Below, one piece after another: positions 59,815 to 64,000 of a stretch of DNA of 64,000 bases (positions are counted from its first letter, which is position 1; each line of letters opens with the position of its first letter). Origin of the DNA: Dictyostelium discoideum (Eukaryota). The position numbers and the translations under genes are program-made. The DNA lies in the NCBI GenBank assembly GCA_000004695.1, contig CM000153.2, forward strand, positions 4,640,001-4,704,000, read 5' to 3'. The notes under the pieces were generated by a model. The model was not told the origin of the DNA and did no database searches. It saw only the letters and a program-made list of their open reading frames with translations.

Positions 59815-61830
59815 TTATGGTTGTTGATTTATTTCAGTAGACTTTAAATTTGACATTTTTACAGTTGTTTGTTTTCTTTCATTACCAGATGATGTTGAAG
59901 CAGTTTCGTTGTTATTATTATTGCTATTATTAATAGAATTATTTAATTTTATTATTTTATCCAATCTACATTTCTTTAAAACCCACTGGAATTTTTTACT
60001 TTCCATCCAAATATGAATAACAATTGGATCTAAACCATAACCAATGAAAACTGTAAAACCTAAAATACCAATAACAACTATATTCAATGCTTTTAAATCA
60101 TAACCTGGTGCATGTAATTCACATTGTGATGGATCACCTTTACCAATACATTCTACCCAAACTGCAATCGCATCAAAATAAGTATCCATTCTTTCTTCCA
60201 TGTAAAATTTTAATGATGATGCAAATGTTAAAACAAATAAAAATAATAAAAGTGTAATTAAAATTTTAATCTGTACAAAAATTAAAAATAAATATTAAAT
60301 ATTAATATGTTTGTCTGAAAAAAAAAAAAAAAAAAAAAAAAAAAATTAAATGAAATGATTTAATACTTTACATTAAAAAATAAAATTCTATTATTTGGTG
60401 TTTGAATATACATTTTTGAAACATTAATAACAGATAAAATTGAAAATAAACAAATTAAACCCATTGCACACCATGATGGTATATAAAATGAAACGTATTG
60501 CCAAGCTGATCCATCATCTGAATTTATCCAACAATTTGTTGCAACTGTTGCACTATATTTACCTCCGAATGCTGGTAATGCTGTTAGAACAAAAATGAAT
60601 GACCATAATACAATTCTATATAAACCAAATTTTCTAATTTTACCTGTTTTTTTTTAAAAAAAAAAAATTAAACATTAATTAATTTAGTTTTTTTTAAAAA
60701 AAAAATAATAAAAATAAAATATATATATAATTACCTAATGTTGAAGTTATATAAAAATCATATGCAATCATTGGTGACCAAAATATTGAAGTAATTGCAC
60801 CAAATTGGAAAATTAAACCAGTTAATAAACATAAATAGTCTGATTGCGATTTGAATCTACCTGGATCTGAACTACAATTAAAATTATCTTGTCTTGATTG
60901 AATGAATAACGATAATGCTGTAATACAACCACCACACGCAAATGATAGAATAGATTCCATACGATGAGTTATTTTATTTGGTAAAACACCAAATGTTAAA
61001 ATCATGAAAATACAAGTTATAAATGATATACTTGTTAATGTATAATTTGTTCTATCCAATATTTTAGTTTTACCTGGATAAATTTCAAATGGACAATCTA
61101 AAATACAACTATCAGTAATATAATAATAAGTTGTTTTACCTGGTATAACATGATCTTTGGAATTTAATAATGGTGCAGGACAATTTATAACTGATGACGA
61201 ATTATCATAAATTATATTATCATTACACTCAACATTAAAATTAAAATTACCACTCTCTTTAAATTCATAATCTGTGGAATTTATTGGAAACATTGGTGCT
61301 CCATTTGAAAAATTTGAATTACACGATAAATCTTTTATAAAATTATCAATAAATATTTTACATGGTGTTTCTGCTTTTACTATAATTATTTTTAAAAAAA
61401 AAAAAAAAAAAAAAAAATTAACATTTAAACAAAACATTAATTATAAAAAAATTATTTAATTTTACTTACAACATATTGAATTACATGGTAATGATGGTAA
61501 ATTAAATATAATATTTGTATTATTTGATAATGTCTCATTATAAGTTTCACATTTTGGATATGATTTTAAACACATTATATTAATTGCATTTGGTTTACAT
61601 TCTGGTGTTGTAAATTCTAACATTCGAATAATATCTGAAACATTTTTATTTAATTGAGTGATTGAATCACCTGGTTGTAAATAAAAGTTTGTATAATTTA
61701 ATTTTGAAAAACATGGTGAATTTGAATCAATTAATTCACAACTACCACCAAGTTTTAAATCTTGTGAATTTACAAATAAAATTATAAATAAATAATAAAT
61801 TATTAAAATATTTATTAAAAATGAATTTTT

Positions 61831-61833
<3 letters not shown>
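59815..61833 (-). CDS. Frizzled/Smoothened-like 7TM receptor, tandem copy 2 (about 578 aa). Four exons: 61470..61833, 60735..61379, 60372..60643 and 59815..60270.
   Basis: Same exon structure and about 90% protein identity to copy 1. Donors are GTAAGT, GTAATT and GTAAAG, acceptors are tatag, cag and cag, and phases are 1, 1 and 0. Confidence 0.7.
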
Positions 61834-61875
<42 letters not shown>

Positions 61876-61925
61876 TTTTTTTTAAAACAATGCAATGAAA
61901 AATTCTATTTTTAAATTGAATTGCA

Positions 61926-61965
<40 letters not shown>

Positions 61966-63128
61966 AAAAAATATTTAAAAAAAGTGTCTTCTTGTCTCGG
62001 AAAAAAGAAAAAAATTTGAAAAAAAAAAATTAATACCAATAAAGTGTGATTGTAAAATATCTGATATTTTAAAAAAAAAAAAATATCTTTTTTTTTTTTT
62101 TTTTTTTTTTTCCACCAAAAATCCGTTTCACTGGTAGTTTTTTTTATTATTATTATAATTTTATAATAATTTAAAAAAAAATAAAAAAAAAATAAAAAAT
62201 TTAAAACAACATGTTCGAATTTTTAAAAATAAAACATGTCCAAATATTTTCATTTTTTTTTTTATTTTTTTTTTTTTTTTTTTTTTTCAAAACAAATTCA
62301 TTTTTTTTAAAAATTTTAACATGATTAAAAATTAATTTAAATAATACAATATTTTTAAATACTAATAAAAAAAAAATTATTTGATTTTTTGATTTTTTTT
62401 TTTTATATTTAAAAAAAAGTCAGCCCAATCTGATTTAGTCATATAATAAAAAAAAAAAAAAAAAATGAAAAAAAATGGAATTAAAGTTAGAACCAGCACA
62501 CATAAAAAAGTCCGTCCTTTTTCGACAATTAAAATAAATGAATAAATAAATAAATAAATAAATAAATAAATTAATCACACACTTTTATTAAATAAAAGAG
62601 ATGCTATAGATAAGTGAAAATAGATAGTGTGGAGATAATAATTAAACAAATGATAGATCAATATTACTGATGTCTTGGTTGTTTAGTTCTGATTTAAATA
62701 AAATCAATTTTTGGAATTAAAAAAAAAAAAATAAAAATAAAGTTTAAATAATTTATAAATTTTTTATTGGTAATCGCATTAGGTGATTTTTTTTATTTTA
62801 AGAAAAAAAAAAGTTGGTTGAAAAAAAAAAAAAAAAAAAAAAGTAATAAATTAATTTAACTATTATAATTATTATTATTAGATTTTATATTGATTTGGGC
62901 CGTCATCTTCTTCAATACTTGGTCCATTTTCATTTTGTTCAGTAATTGAGGAAGTATCAATTAAACAAAAAGAAAAATGTGAATTAAAAAAAAAAAAAAA
63001 AAAAATTTTTTTTTAATTTTTTGTTGTTCACAAAAAAAAAAAAAAAAAAAAAAAACAGAAATGTATTGATTTTAATTAAAATACAAAGGGTTTATTATTT
63101 TTAGTTTTATTTTAAATTTTTTATATAA

Positions 63129-64000
63129 TCAAGGTATAATAAAAAATGAATTTCCTCCACCCGCTTTAACTAAACTTTTATCATTTCCTTTGATTGAAGG
63201 TAATAGTTGTGGAAATGATTTATTATCACCATCTTTACCAATTATAATTGGTTCACAAAGACCTAATTGATAATGTTCATTCCAACCAAATGAATATATA
63301 TTATTATTATTATTATTATTATTAATATCATTTGAATAAACTTGAATTAAGATATGCTCAGAACCAATTGAAAAGTTTTTAATTTTATTTCCATTAAAAG
63401 ATTCGCTATTTAATAGTTTAAATTGATTTGAATTACTATTATCAAGTGATAGATCTCTATTATCACCTAAAATACCATACTCACCACGACCACATATATA
63501 TAATTTATCTTGGTTCGTCAATAAACAACTATTACTCCAACCACATTGTATCTCTTTTATTTTAATATGATTTTGATGTAGAAGTTGGTAATATAAATGA
63601 TGAAATATCAATCACACAAGGATTTGATTGATCAATGAAATTACCATTACCTAATTGTCCGAATTTATTTTGACCAAATGATAATACATTTTTAAAATTA
63701 ATATCCAATAAAAGAGTATGCTGAAATCCACATGAAATTTGAATGATTTTAATTTCATTTTTAAAATTAATTAGTTTTGGTGAATCTTGAACCATTGGAT
63801 CAGCAATATCATTGATATTATTATTATTATTATTACTCTTTAAACTATTTCCATCAATTAAATTTGATAATTGACCAAATTTATTACAACCCCAACCGTA
63901 TACATCATTTTCACTTGATAAAGCAATTGAATGTCTCATTCCACATGATACACTAACTATTCTAATTTTATTATTAAATAAAATTTCAATTAACTTTGGT
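63129..64000 (-). CDS. RCC1-repeat (regulator of chromosome condensation-like) protein. This is the 3' part of a gene that continues beyond the window end, and it has a frame discontinuity at about 63562-63611.
   Basis: RCC1 signatures in ORFs 63562..63939 and 63129..63611 include VYGWGCNKFGQLS, SFGQNKFGQLGNGN, IKEIQCGWSNSCLL, LYICGRGEYGILG and IYSFGWNEHYQLG. The two ORFs are in different frames and overlap by about 50 nt. Confidence 0.55.

Noticed and set aside
62884-62950. GC-richer, coding-like segment on the minus strand (…TEQNENGPSIEEDDGPNQYKI*) that could be a terminal exon of the RCC1 gene.
   Set aside because: There is no AG acceptor anywhere upstream within the open frame, and the RCC1 ORF already terminates at 63129 with no donor site, so linkage is unsupported. 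It may be a tiny independent ORF or nothing.

Overview
This window is AT-rich (about 75-80% A+T) eukaryotic nuclear DNA with the hallmarks of Dictyostelium discoideum or a close dictyostelid. It has long poly(A)/poly(T) tracts, poly-Asn/Gln codon runs inside ORFs, and short AT-rich introns with GTAAGT/GTATGT donors and AG acceptors. Many gene models below were assembled from the ORF track by joining exons in consistent phase. Note that the ORF track coordinates include the stop codon, and the 'M' starts in the track are sometimes TTG or GTG. About 30 protein-coding genes are supported. The clearest calls are a TruA/Pus-family tRNA pseudouridine synthase, two PsA-like prespore-antigen-type GPI proteins, an SDR (short-chain dehydrogenase/reductase), DNAJC21/Jjj1, an LDAH-like alpha/beta hydrolase, an LRR protein, an N-terminal-domain TMEM135 homolog, an EGF-domain membrane protein, GFAT/GlmS, the RhoBTB ortholog (racA-like), an NmrA-like protein, two tandem Frizzled/Smoothened-like 7TM receptors and a partial RCC1-repeat gene. 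Mobile DNA includes a minus-strand non-LTR reverse transcriptase fragment at the window start, a tiny about 30-bp retro-insertion with a 12-bp target-site duplication, and an intron-containing tRNA-Ala(UGC) gene flanked by retroelements. A TRE5-like element sits 47 bp upstream of that tRNA and a TRE3-like element sits just past a downstream external B box, each with target-site duplications. There is also a degenerate Harbinger/PIF-type DDE transposase gene with upstream exons, three frameshifts and a poly-Asn insertion. The most unusual structure is a roughly 12-kb tandem segmental array (about 16.3-28.5 kb) of five units of about 2.4 kb. Each unit carries a paralog of a small, compositionally atypical (GC-richer) 102-137-aa ORF preceded by CA-rich elements, conserved non-coding blocks, a near-perfect 30-bp-arm hairpin (in one unit amplified into a 1.1-kb palindrome-bearing satellite), and a decayed 5' fragment of the beta-helix/Pmp-repeat-like surface-protein gene that is full-length at 28476-29993. 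Two paralogous Cys-rich secreted-protein genes flank the array, and a piece of one is embedded in it.
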